Part shown: one piece after another, positions 7,560-14,915 of the stretch
Position numbering within the stretch: position 1 is the first letter of the stretch
How the letters are laid out: each line of letters opens with the position of its first letter
Source: Cytobacillus sp. Hz8
GTDB taxonomy: Bacteria > Bacillota > Bacilli > Bacillales > Cytobacillaceae
Length of the DNA stretch: 24,000 nt
NCBI RefSeq assembly: GCF_042263505.1
Contig: NZ_JBHKFI010000012.1
Coordinates: 34,802-58,801 of the forward strand
Direction: 5' to 3'
Made by a program: the position numbers and the translations under genes
Notes under the pieces: model-generated
The model's database searches: none
What the model was told of the DNA's origin: nothing
What the model saw: only the letters and a program-made list of their open reading frames with translations

Positions 7560-7590
7560 ATACATAATTTTTTTATAAGGGAGGAGAGAA

Positions 7591-8025
7591 ATGAAGATAA
7601 GTAAACCATTTAAAAGTGTTTTGGTTGTTACGATCATTTCTTGTTTATTATTTTGTAGTACGTTAATGGTAATATCACTCTCTCCACTGTCTGATATGGG
7701 GAAACATGCGAATCAATTTAATTCAGTGGGAATGTGGTTATCCGTCGGTATTATTTTTGTTAGTTACTTAATTCCATTAGTTATATATTCTTTAGGTGTG
7801 GAATGGATTAAATATCTGATGGCGATATTTTGTTTTTTGGGCTTATTAATAAGTATAGGAATAACCGTATTTATAGTTGCAGTAGATCATTTTGAAAAGG
7901 ACATTTTTTCTGACCCAACGTTAATTGCAAGTGTGATTTGTGTGGGATTATTATTTATGACGAATTTGATTTGGTTTTTTGTAACATTTCTTCCTTCATC
8001 AAAAGATATTAAATTGGAGAATTAA
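7591..8025 (+). CDS. Hypothetical integral membrane protein (about 4 TM segments)
   Basis: A strong SD AAGGGAGGAGAG lies upstream. The sequence is hydrophobic throughout. I recognise no family. Confidence 0.7.
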   Translation: MKISKPFKSVLVVTIISCLLFCSTLMVISLSPLSDMGKHANQFNSVGMWLSVGIIFVSYLIPLVIYSLGVEWIKYLMAIFCFLGLLISIGITVFIVAVDHFEKDIFSDPTLIASVICVGLLFMTNLIWFFVTFLPSSKDIKLEN

Positions 8026-8077
8026 TAAAAGAAAGTTATGAACTCTAATTTTTGAGTGAAAAGTAAATAGCATTAAT

Positions 8078-8233
8078 ATGCAAACCAAATTAGTAAACCA
8101 ACTAATCGAAGCTCCTTGTTATTCCTTTAAAGTGGTATTTGCGCCCCTAATTGCCTTTTTAAGTGGAACATTTCCCAAAGCCATTATTCAGTTGATCATG
8201 ATTGTTGTTTTTGTTTTGGATGTCGTATTTTAA
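8078..8233 (+). pseudogene. C-terminal fragment of a DUF456 paralogue (51-codon ORF, lacks the N-terminal two thirds)
   Basis: It translates to ...SFKVVFAPLIAFLSGTFPKAIIQLIMIVVFVLDVVF*. The intact gene at 14268..14732 ends ...SFKVAFATLIAFLSGTFAKAIIQLIMIVVFVLDVIF*. I count 9 mismatches in the roughly 102 nt before the stop. Similarity continues about 60 nt past the stop. Confidence 0.7.
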
Positions 8234-8463
8234 AGGAATATCCATGATTCGAGGAAATTCTGATAACTTTTTTAAAGTGAGTTATTCTAGACTTTATGAA
8301 ATAGAAACAAACATAGTTAATTGTTGGTTCTTAGGCTTTGATTTTTATACTGAAGTGATCAACTCTTGAAAAATATCATAATTATGGAAATAGTTTGTGG
8401 TTCTTGCCTATAGGATTTACAGTTTTTTTATTTAAGTTATTATCTTACTTAAAGAATATCCGT

Positions 8464-8491
8464 AAAAGAAAGGCAGCTATTGCCGCCTTTC
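8464..8491 (-). terminator. Hairpin terminator downstream of the ABC operon (usable in both directions)
   Basis: GAAAGGCAGC (8468-8477) pairs with GCCGCCTTTC (8482-8491) with one mismatch. On the minus strand TTTT follows. Confidence 0.55.
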
Positions 8492-8622
8492 CTCACTTTT
8501 GGTGCAACTCGATTCCACCATTAGTCAAATTCTTTAATGCCGCTGGTAAGAATATTTTCTGTCAGAGGCACTCCAATTCATCCAGACTCTCACAGACGGA
8601 TTTGATCATTTTGGAAATAATG

Positions 8623-9354
8623 TCAGTCTGCCTTCATTTTCTTTTTAAAAATAACAATCGCAAGTACCGATAATAAGATGGCGTAAGCAAGCACCCACCA
8701 TATATGAGGAAAAATGTCACTGTATTGACCATTAAGGGCTGCTTTCCCCATATCGACTGCATGTACAAATGGTAATAAATAAGCAATATCTTTGAACAGA
8801 CCTCCGACAAGGTTTAAGTCAAACCAGATGCCCGACAGCCAAGCAGATAAATTTGTTAGAAGCGCCCCGCAAACACCGGCTGCTGCTTTTTCACTTAACA
8901 ATGATCCGCATATTAGTCCAAGACTAACAAAAATAAGGGCAGGCGGGATCAGTAAAGCAATGGATATTAACATTGAACTAGAAATGGATAATCCTAAAAT
9001 AATCGCAACAATATAACATATGATACCTTGCGCGATTGACATCACAACTAAAGGTAAACTATAACCGACAATGAAGTCTTTTGATGTCATAGGCGTGGTG
9101 AAAAGCCTTGTTAAGAAAGAATTTACTCTGTCATTCGATATAACTTGTGCTGCAAAAAGGGCCATGAAAGATAGCCCAAACACTGCGATTCCTGGTGTTA
9201 ATTTCGTAATATTAAAAAGATCGACTGGGATACTTCGGTTTATCGCTGATAAAAGAAGTAACAAAACAATTGGAAATCCAAGTCCAAAAAAGATTGATAG
9301 CGGATCTCGTACAATTTCCTTTGTCGTTCGGTTCGCAAATAAAAGTATTCTCAT
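8623..9354 (-). CDS. ABC-2 type transporter permease
   Basis: It is a six-TM-type hydrophobic protein. Its ATGA start overlaps the stop of the upstream ATPase gene. Confidence 0.85.
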   Translation of the reverse strand: MRILLFANRTTKEIVRDPLSIFFGLGFPIVLLLLLSAINRSIPVDLFNITKLTPGIAVFGLSFMALFAAQVISNDRVNSFLTRLFTTPMTSKDFIVGYSLPLVVMSIAQGIICYIVAIILGLSISSSMLISIALLIPPALIFVSLGLICGSLLSEKAAAGVCGALLTNLSAWLSGIWFDLNLVGGLFKDIAYLLPFVHAVDMGKAALNGQYSDIFPHIWWVLAYAILLSVLAIVIFKKKMKAD

Positions 9355-10085
9355 TGTACGTCCCCTTCCGTTACAAAATAAACGAAAGCATCCTCAAAGC
9401 TTGTTGTATTAGAAATTTCGATAAGCTCTTGGGCTGAACCAATTGCTTTCATTTGCCCATTCTTCATAATACAAATACGATCAGAGAGTGCCTCAGCTTC
9501 TTCTAAGTAATGCGTCGTTAAAATAATCGTTGTTTTTTCTTTTAACTTTTCAATTAGCGCCCATAACTCGCGGCGTCCTAATATATCGAGCCCAAGTGTT
9601 GGCTCGTCCAAAAATAAGATCTGCGGTTCACTGATTAAAGCCATGGCAATGCTAAGTTTACGTTGCCAACCACCTGACAACGTTTTGCTTCGCTGATTTT
9701 CATACGGCTGTAGTGAAAACTGGGCAATCATTTCATCCGCTCTTATTTTTCCATTTGCTTTTTTTAAACCTTGGACACCAGCCATTAGTTCCAAATTTTC
9801 ACGTACGGTTAGATTTGGCGCAATGGCTGTTTCTTGTGGAGATACGGCAATAATGGTATGAACTTGTTCTGGGTATTTTGTTATGCTATTTCCTAACAAT
9901 GTAGCTTCCCCGTTTGTTGGCTTTGTTAAGCAGGAAAGCATTTTGATAAGCGTTGTCTTACCTGCACCATTCACACCAAGCAGACCAAACAATTCGCCTT
10001 CTTGAATCGAAAAAGAGACGTTATCCACAACGGTCTTTGCACCGTATTTTTTTGTTAGAGAGTCGATTGCAATAGCGATAGTCAT
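9351..10085 (-). CDS. ABC transporter ATP-binding protein
   Basis: It has Walker A GVNGAGKTT, the signature LSGGWQRKL, Walker B ILFLDEPT and an H-loop TTHYLEE. Confidence 0.95.
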   Translation of the reverse strand: MTIAIAIDSLTKKYGAKTVVDNVSFSIQEGELFGLLGVNGAGKTTLIKMLSCLTKPTNGEATLLGNSITKYPEQVHTIIAVSPQETAIAPNLTVRENLELMAGVQGLKKANGKIRADEMIAQFSLQPYENQRSKTLSGGWQRKLSIAMALISEPQILFLDEPTLGLDILGRRELWALIEKLKEKTTIILTTHYLEEAEALSDRICIMKNGQMKAIGSAQELIEISNTTSFEDAFVYFVTEGDVQ

Positions 10086-10526
10086 TTATACACCCTCTTG
10101 ATCTAATGTCGTTTTGACCAAATTGAAGAAGCTACTCATCATACGTTCTGGAACAAGGGCCAGCCCCCGTTCATCATCACCAACGATAATAAGTTTTTCC
10201 CCCGCTTCTAACTTAAATACCTCACGAGCTTTCTTTGGAATAACAATTTGCCCACGTTCACCTATTGTTGCCACTCCGAAGAAGTGTTTGCCTTTCGGTG
10301 GAATACCAAACTCGCTTTGTGCATCCTCATAATTAACTAAATTATCTAAAGTCACATTGTAAAGTTTTGCAAGCTCCATACAATGCTGAATATCAGGGGC
10401 AGATTCACCTTTTTCCCATTTGGCAATTACTTGACGCGATACATTTAAGTGCTCAGCCACTTCTTCTTGAGTAAGCTGGTAACGCGTGCGCAAACTTTTT
10501 AAATTCATATTTATCATACTTTTCAT
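10086..10526 (-). CDS. Transcriptional regulator: N-terminal XRE-type HTH fused to a C-terminal SpoVT/AbrB-like domain
   Basis: The HTH_3 pattern is YQLTQEEVAEHLNVSRQVIAKWEKGESAPD. The C-terminal part GERGQIVIPKKAREVFKLEAGEKLIIVGDDERGLALVP is typical of AbrB/MazE/SpoVT swapped-hairpin domains. AGGAGG is placed best for the internal ATG at 10517. The stop abuts the ATPase start. Confidence 0.8.
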   Translation of the reverse strand: MKSMINMNLKSLRTRYQLTQEEVAEHLNVSRQVIAKWEKGESAPDIQHCMELAKLYNVTLDNLVNYEDAQSEFGIPPKGKHFFGVATIGERGQIVIPKKAREVFKLEAGEKLIIVGDDERGLALVPERMMSSFFNLVKTTLDQEGV

Positions 10527-10578
10527 ACCTCCTGCTTAGATTATCGAATAGAAAATTGAAAAAGTCTATCAACGCTGG

Positions 10579-10594
10579 TTAACATGAGTGTTAA
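10579..10594. promoter_or_regulatory. Perfect palindrome TTAACA-N4-TGTTAA in the leader of the XRE/AbrB-ABC operon (candidate operator)
   Basis: TTAACA (10579-10584), tgag, TGTTAA (10589-10594). It lies between a candidate promoter (minus-strand TTGTTA-18-TATGAT, around 10611-10650) and the SD. Confidence 0.35.
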
Positions 10595-10684
10595 GATTCG
10601 TTACGTATAGTCTTATCATAAGAAATTTGGACCAAAAATAACAAAAAAAGAAAGATATGATCTAAACGAAAAATAGACAGTACA

Positions 10685-10738
10685 TTGACCAATCAAAGGT
10701 GATCTAATATTATTAATTTAGACATTATACTGTCTAAA
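10685..10738 (+). promoter_or_regulatory. Sigma-A promoter of the MarR operon with an overlapping palindromic operator
   Basis: The -35 is TTGACC (10685-10690), the spacer is 17 nt, and the -10 is TATTAT (10708-10713). The perfect palindrome TTTAGACA-N6-TGTCTAAA (10717-10738) sits over the expected transcription start. An extra half-site TAGACAGTA lies at 10674-10682. Confidence 0.5.
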
Positions 10739-10744
10739 AGGGGG

Positions 10745-11305
10745 ATGCTTATGGATAAATACAGAGAGCTGTTTTTAATGCAGCAAATATACGGAACATT
10801 ATTTTCTCTTGCCAATAAGATTCAGGTAAAAGGCGATAAATACTTAGAGCGCTTAACGTCAAGACAGTATATGGCAATGATGGCAATTGCTTATTTACCT
10901 GAAGATGAAACAACCTTGAATAATATTGCAAGAAAGTTAGGGACCACAAAACAGAGTGTAAAGCAGTTGATAACAATCATAGAGGATAGGGGTTACATTA
11001 ACATAGTACCCAGCCAAAAGGATAAGCGTGCAGTTAATGTAAAGATTACGGAGTTTGGAAAACAGGTCTTCCTGGAAGTCACTGAAAAAGGAATATTCTT
11101 CCTGGCAGAACTTTTTGAAAATTTCTCAACAGAAGAACTGGAAACAGTGTGGGGCCTATTAAAGAAACTATACCGTTTTGACGGTGAGGAACAAGATGGT
11201 TTTGAAGAGAGTAACTTGGAAATGGATGAAAATCAAAATGACGTACAAATGAGAGTATTAAAGGAATTTGAAAGGCGAAGAAATTTAACGAAAATGGAGA
11301 ATTGA
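10745..11305 (+). CDS. MarR-family transcriptional regulator with an unusually long acidic C-terminal tail
   Basis: The winged-HTH region is LTSRQYMAMMAI...LNNIARKLGTTKQSVKQLITIIEDRGYI...DKRAVNVKITEFG. The ATG at 10751 is better spaced from AAGGGGGA than the ATG at 10745. Confidence 0.85.
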   Translation: MLMDKYRELFLMQQIYGTLFSLANKIQVKGDKYLERLTSRQYMAMMAIAYLPEDETTLNNIARKLGTTKQSVKQLITIIEDRGYINIVPSQKDKRAVNVKITEFGKQVFLEVTEKGIFFLAELFENFSTEELETVWGLLKKLYRFDGEEQDGFEESNLEMDENQNDVQMRVLKEFERRRNLTKMEN

Positions 11306-11309
11306 AATT

Positions 11310-12281
11310 ATGAAGAATAAATCTGGAAGGTTAATTTATTTGAAAGAATATATATCTATTAATGGTATCAATCAATTTTTGTTTCACTTGGGAACAAGCT
11401 ATGATAATCCAGTTATGTTGTTTTTGCATGGAGGACCCGGCTCAGCCGAATCTTTATTCACACGGGCATTTCAGGAAAAATGGGAGGAGATTTATACGGT
11501 TGTTCATTGGGATCAGCGTGGAACTGGGAAAACACTGACTAAAAATCCTGATAAGCTCCCAACTATTGATTTAATGCTAAAGGATTTGTTTGAAGTTATC
11601 CAATATCTGAAGAAAAAATATAACAAGCAAAAAATAGTTATACTAGGTCATTCATGGGGAAGTGTATTGGGTTCTGTGTTTATCAGAAAGTATCCCGAAG
11701 AGGTAGCCTATTATATAGGTGCAGCGCAGGTTGTCAGTATGCTTGAAAATGAGCAGGTTGGTTACAACAAAGTTAAAGAACTGATTGAACAAGCAGGTGA
11801 TAAAAAATCTATGAAAGAACTTGAGTCCATAGGTGAATATCCCGGCAACAAAATAGTTTTTAACAGAGAATTTTTGAAAAAATGTAATGGGGTTAGGAAG
11901 CTTCAAGGAAAATATAAATTAGGTATGAAGATAGATTTAGAAATTTGGATAACTGTATTCAAAAGTCCGATTTTCAGGTTGTCGGATATTATCGCATTTA
12001 TGAAGGCTTTTAAAACAAATGAAAAGATTCATAATTTCCTAGGTGACTTCAACCTGTACAATGAATCGGCAGTATATAAAGTGCCAATATATTATATCTT
12101 AGGTGGAAATGATTGGCAGGCACCATATGTTATTGCTCAAAAATATTTTGAACAGATAAATGCCCCATATAAAAATATTTACGTCATTCCCAATGCAGGG
12201 CATATGACAATGATGGAACAGCCTGACCTGTTTTTTAATGCATTATTAGAAGTAAATAATATAGAAGAAAAGAATCAATGA
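11310..12281 (+). CDS. Alpha/beta hydrolase (proline iminopeptidase-like, S33-type)
   Basis: It has the oxyanion-region motif LFLHGGPGS, the nucleophile elbow GHSWGS and a C-terminal NAGHM motif. It starts 4 nt after the MarR stop. Confidence 0.85.
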   Translation: MKNKSGRLIYLKEYISINGINQFLFHLGTSYDNPVMLFLHGGPGSAESLFTRAFQEKWEEIYTVVHWDQRGTGKTLTKNPDKLPTIDLMLKDLFEVIQYLKKKYNKQKIVILGHSWGSVLGSVFIRKYPEEVAYYIGAAQVVSMLENEQVGYNKVKELIEQAGDKKSMKELESIGEYPGNKIVFNREFLKKCNGVRKLQGKYKLGMKIDLEIWITVFKSPIFRLSDIIAFMKAFKTNEKIHNFLGDFNLYNESAVYKVPIYYILGGNDWQAPYVIAQKYFEQINAPYKNIYVIPNAGHMTMMEQPDLFFNALLEVNNIEEKNQ

Positions 12282-12432
12282 TAATCTTCATTTTATGCAA
12301 AAGGCAGTCATTACATAAAACAATCTAAGACATACATCAATGAAGTCTCCATTGTAGGGCTTGTTGATCATTTGATTACAGCTTTCAGGAAACAATTCAA
12401 AATTACAAAAGATTGTGAAAAGATTTACTTAA

Positions 12433-12473
12433 AGTAAACTAGCTAATCGAGGCTCCTTGTTATTCCATTAAAG
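12433..12473 (+). repeat. Third, short degenerate copy of the DUF456-paralogue 3' segment
   Basis: AGTAAACTAGCTAATCGAGGCTCCTTGTTATTCCATTAAAG matches 8092-8132 at 37/41 positions. An in-frame TAG replaces CAA. Weaker similarity continues about 20 nt further. Confidence 0.7.
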
Positions 12474-12500
12474 GAAGCATTTGCTGTACAACAATTAAAA

Positions 12501-12550
12501 GGGGGAAACATATAATACATGACTAATATGTTTCCCCCTTTATTTTTTAT
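12501..12550 (+). terminator. Rho-independent terminator
   Basis: A perfect 13-bp stem pairs GGGGGAAACATAT (12501-12513) with ATATGTTTCCCCC (12526-12538). It is followed by TTTATTTTTT. Confidence 0.8.
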
Positions 12551-12731
12551 GAATTTCTACGATTTAGGTCTTAATCATAGAACAATGATCATTATTTTTT
12601 ATAAAACTATTCGAGGTAGGAAGAAAAGGTAACTGGATTTAGTGAAAAAACGAATCATTCTATCAAATTGTATAACCTGTATATATGGCTTAATTATAGC
12701 GTATTTTCAAAAATATAAATATCACGATATA

Positions 12732-12759
12732 TTTACTAAACAATACATCTTTGTATAAT
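12732..12759 (+). promoter_or_regulatory. Candidate sigma-A promoter with extended -10 for the yjdF leader
   Basis: The -35 is TTTACT (12732-12737), the spacer is 16 nt, and the extended -10 is TGTATAAT (12752-12759). Confidence 0.5.
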
Positions 12760-12765
12760 AAATAT

Positions 12766-12875
12766 AGAATGAAAAAACACGATTCGGTTGGCAGTCCGAA
12801 TACAGCAGACTTTGCTGTCAGTAGCCTTCCCCTCCTCGGGATGTCCATCATTCTAAATTTTTATAGAGGAGGGCC
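12766..12875 (+). promoter_or_regulatory. yjdF-type riboswitch leader (structured 5' UTR with SD sequestration)
   Basis: The closing helix pairs AGAATGA (12766-12772) with TCATTCT (12848-12854). Internal hairpins are ATTCGG/CCGAAT (12782-12787/12796-12801) and ACAGCA/TGCTGT (12802-12807/12813-12818). CCCTCCTC (12830-12837) is complementary to the SD GAGGAGGG (12866-12873). It lies directly upstream of a DUF2992/YjdF gene, which is the defining genomic context of this RNA class. Confidence 0.65.
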
Positions 12876-12879
12876 TACA

Positions 12880-13293
12880 ATGAAACTAACCATTTATTAT
12901 GATGGCCAATTTTTTGTAGGGGTCATTGAAGTTGTATCTGGAAATACTCTGAAAGCCTATCGATATGTTTTTGGTGCTGAACCAAATGATCAAGAAGTCT
13001 TGGTGTTTGTTCATAGGGATTTGCAGCGATTTATGGAAATGCATGACCAAGAAGGGATTGCTATCCCAGGTGAACCATTGAAGAAGGTAAATCCTAAAAG
13101 ACTTCAAAGAATCGTTTCAAAGGAAATGAAGCGGCAAAAAATTTCTACTAAAGCACAAAAAGCGATAAGTAAGGAATACGAACAACGAAAGAAGCAGAAC
13201 AAGAGTCAGAATAAGCACCTTAAAGATGAGCTTAAGAAGTTTAAAAGAGAGCAGAAAATCCGAAAGGCGAAAATTAAACATCGGGGTAAGTAG
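12880..13293 (+). CDS. yjdF: YjdF-family protein (DUF2992)
   Basis: The protein starts MKLTIYYDGQFFVGVIE..., contains NPKRLQRIVSKE...TKAQKA, and has a basic K/R-rich tail ending KHRGK. The SD GAGGAGGG is correctly spaced. The track ORF start at 12751 would read through the structured leader and is rejected. Confidence 0.85.
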   Translation: MKLTIYYDGQFFVGVIEVVSGNTLKAYRYVFGAEPNDQEVLVFVHRDLQRFMEMHDQEGIAIPGEPLKKVNPKRLQRIVSKEMKRQKISTKAQKAISKEYEQRKKQNKSQNKHLKDELKKFKREQKIRKAKIKHRGK

Positions 13294-13303
13294 GATACAC
13301 TTA

Positions 13304-13337
13304 AGAACTGGCTTTTTTTCAAGCCAGTTCTATTCTT
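13304..13337 (+). terminator. Hairpin terminator after yjdF
   Basis: A perfect 11-bp stem pairs AGAACTGGCTT (13304-13314) with AAGCCAGTTCT (13321-13331). The T tail is weak (ATTCTT). Confidence 0.55.
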
Positions 13338-13360
13338 AAGTAGATTTACTTTAGTATGGG

Positions 13361-13945
13361 GTGAGTACAATTACGAATGTTTGTATAGTAAGACATGGGG
13401 AAACAGATTGGAATGTGCTAGGAAAAATCCAAGGGAAAACGGATATCGCTTTAAATCAAAATGGAATTCGGCAATCAGAGGAATGCAGGGAATTTTTAAA
13501 ATTATCGCAGTGGGATCTCATGATTACAAGCCCATTGAAACGAGCAAAGCAAACAGCCATGATTATCAATGAAGAGTTAAATCTTCCATTGTTTGAGATG
13601 GAAGAGTTCATGGAGCGATCCTTTGGAGATGCTGAAGGGAAAACGCTAGCTGAGAGGCAGGCTTTATATCCAGATGGAGAATATCCCAATCAAGAAGAAC
13701 GGAACAAGTTCCATCATCGCGTTATGACGGGACTAACGAAAATTCATCAAAGATTTCAAGATAGTCAAGTTTTGCTTATTGCACATGGCGCAGTGATTAA
13801 TGCCATTTTAGCGAACCTGTCAAATGAAGAAATTGGTTTTGAAGAAACTAGGTTAGTTAATGCTTGTATTAACAATATTTTCTATCATGAGGAACAATGG
13901 ATGATTAACAATTTTAATCAGACCTCTCATCTTTCTCGGGTATAG
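13361..13945 (+). CDS. Histidine phosphatase family protein (phosphoglycerate mutase-like)
   Basis: It has the catalytic RHGETDWN motif near the N-terminus and a downstream LIAHGAVI motif. The start is uncertain. The GTG at 13361 overlaps the SD-like GGGGTGA (13357-13363), and an in-frame ATT at 13370 is better spaced. Confidence 0.85.
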   Translation: MSTITNVCIVRHGETDWNVLGKIQGKTDIALNQNGIRQSEECREFLKLSQWDLMITSPLKRAKQTAMIINEELNLPLFEMEEFMERSFGDAEGKTLAERQALYPDGEYPNQEERNKFHHRVMTGLTKIHQRFQDSQVLLIAHGAVINAILANLSNEEIGFEETRLVNACINNIFYHEEQWMINNFNQTSHLSRV

Positions 13946-14267
13946 GTTAAATTTTTTCGCATTCTTTGATGCTATTATGAAGAGAAAAAATGTTGAAATG
14001 CGGCACCAAGTTTATTTAATTAGTTATTTCTTTTTGCTAATTAGAGATGTGTTTCAAAAATTAATTTTGGCCCTTTAAATAAATGTGATCTTTTGATCGT
14101 AATTATCCTTAAATAATAATGTTAGCTTTTATTGATTAGAATAAGGATAGGCTTCTTCTATTTATATCAAAATGTGTCATACAATAAAACACATTCTGCC
14201 ATAATGATTCGAGTAAGGAAACAAAAAGAAAAAGGAGACGGTTTAAATTCTTAATATTATATTTTGG

Positions 14268-14732
14268 GTGATTATCATTGCCTGTTTCATCTTAAGCTTT
14301 GTAGGACTCGTCTATCCCATTATTCCATCGGTTTTCATGATTTGGATAGGAGTTGCGATTTTTCATTTTGGAATCAATTCAAATGAACTTTCATGGATTT
14401 CTTTTACCATGCTTCTATTATTAACGATCTTATTATTTGTTGCGGATTATCTGGCGAATCTGCATTTTGTCGATAAAGCTGGAGGGTCCAAATGGGGGAT
14501 GAGAGCAGCTACGATAGGGTTAATTGTTGGTAGTTTTATTATTCCTCCATTTGGCGTCATCATTATCCCATTTGTTCTAGTGCTGCTGGCTGAAATGATT
14601 CAGAAGAAGCCATTTATTGAATCCTTTAAAGTGGCCTTTGCAACCCTTATTGCTTTTTTAAGTGGAACATTTGCCAAAGCCATCATTCAGTTAATCATGA
14701 TTGTTGTTTTTGTTTTGGATGTCATCTTTTAG
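14268..14732 (+). CDS. DUF456 family membrane protein (intact copy)
   Basis: It is a hydrophobic four-TM protein with ...DKAGGSKWGMRAATIGLIVGSFIIPPFG.... The only SD (AAGGAG, 14233-14237) lies 30 nt upstream of the GTG. The frame is open from 14247 (ATT), so the true N-terminus may be 7 codons longer. Confidence 0.8.
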   Translation: MIIIACFILSFVGLVYPIIPSVFMIWIGVAIFHFGINSNELSWISFTMLLLLTILLFVADYLANLHFVDKAGGSKWGMRAATIGLIVGSFIIPPFGVIIIPFVLVLLAEMIQKKPFIESFKVAFATLIAFLSGTFAKAIIQLIMIVVFVLDVIF

Positions 14733-14872
14733 GAATGTTCATGATTCGGGAAAATTCTGATCACATTTTTCAGCGTGGGTCGTACTAAGTATTTTTAGAA
14801 GAGCATTTTCATAAATGATAAGAATTTTGTAGGATATTTTTTCATTCTTTTTAGAAAATGGATAGTCAAAAT

Positions 14873-14915
14873 AAGGTGAATGGTCAGTTATATAGATTAT
14901 TCACCTTTTTATTTC
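14873..14915 (+). terminator. Rho-independent terminator
   Basis: A 9-bp stem pairs AAGGTGAAT (14873-14881) with ATTCACCTT (14899-14907). It is followed by TTTATTT. Confidence 0.7.

Noticed and set aside
8395-8673. A 92-aa plus-strand ORF crossing the ABC-operon terminator and overlapping the permease 3' end.
   Set aside because: It reads through a hairpin terminator, has no SD and overlaps a convincing gene. It is probably spurious.
12751-12879. The upstream extension of the yjdF ORF (track start 12751, MYNKYRMKKHDSVGS...).
   Set aside because: The extension covers the promoter -10 and the structured riboswitch leader. A perfect SD precedes the ATG at 12880, and the family N-terminus is MKLT..Y.DGQF.
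13977-14078. A 33-codon hydrophobic small ORF (MKRKNVEMRHQVYLISYFFLLIRDVFQKLILAL) as a possible type I toxin.
   Set aside because: It has no SD and no recognisable antisense RNA or terminator arrangement. In an AT-rich intergenic region such ORFs arise by chance.
8078-14790. An integrative or mobile element bounded by att-like repeats.
   Set aside because: The direct repeats are real, but no integrase, recombinase, transposase, excisionase or conjugation/phage gene lies between them, and the repeat order does not fit simple 3'-end integration. I keep it only as a hypothesis in the findings, not as a mobile_element feature.
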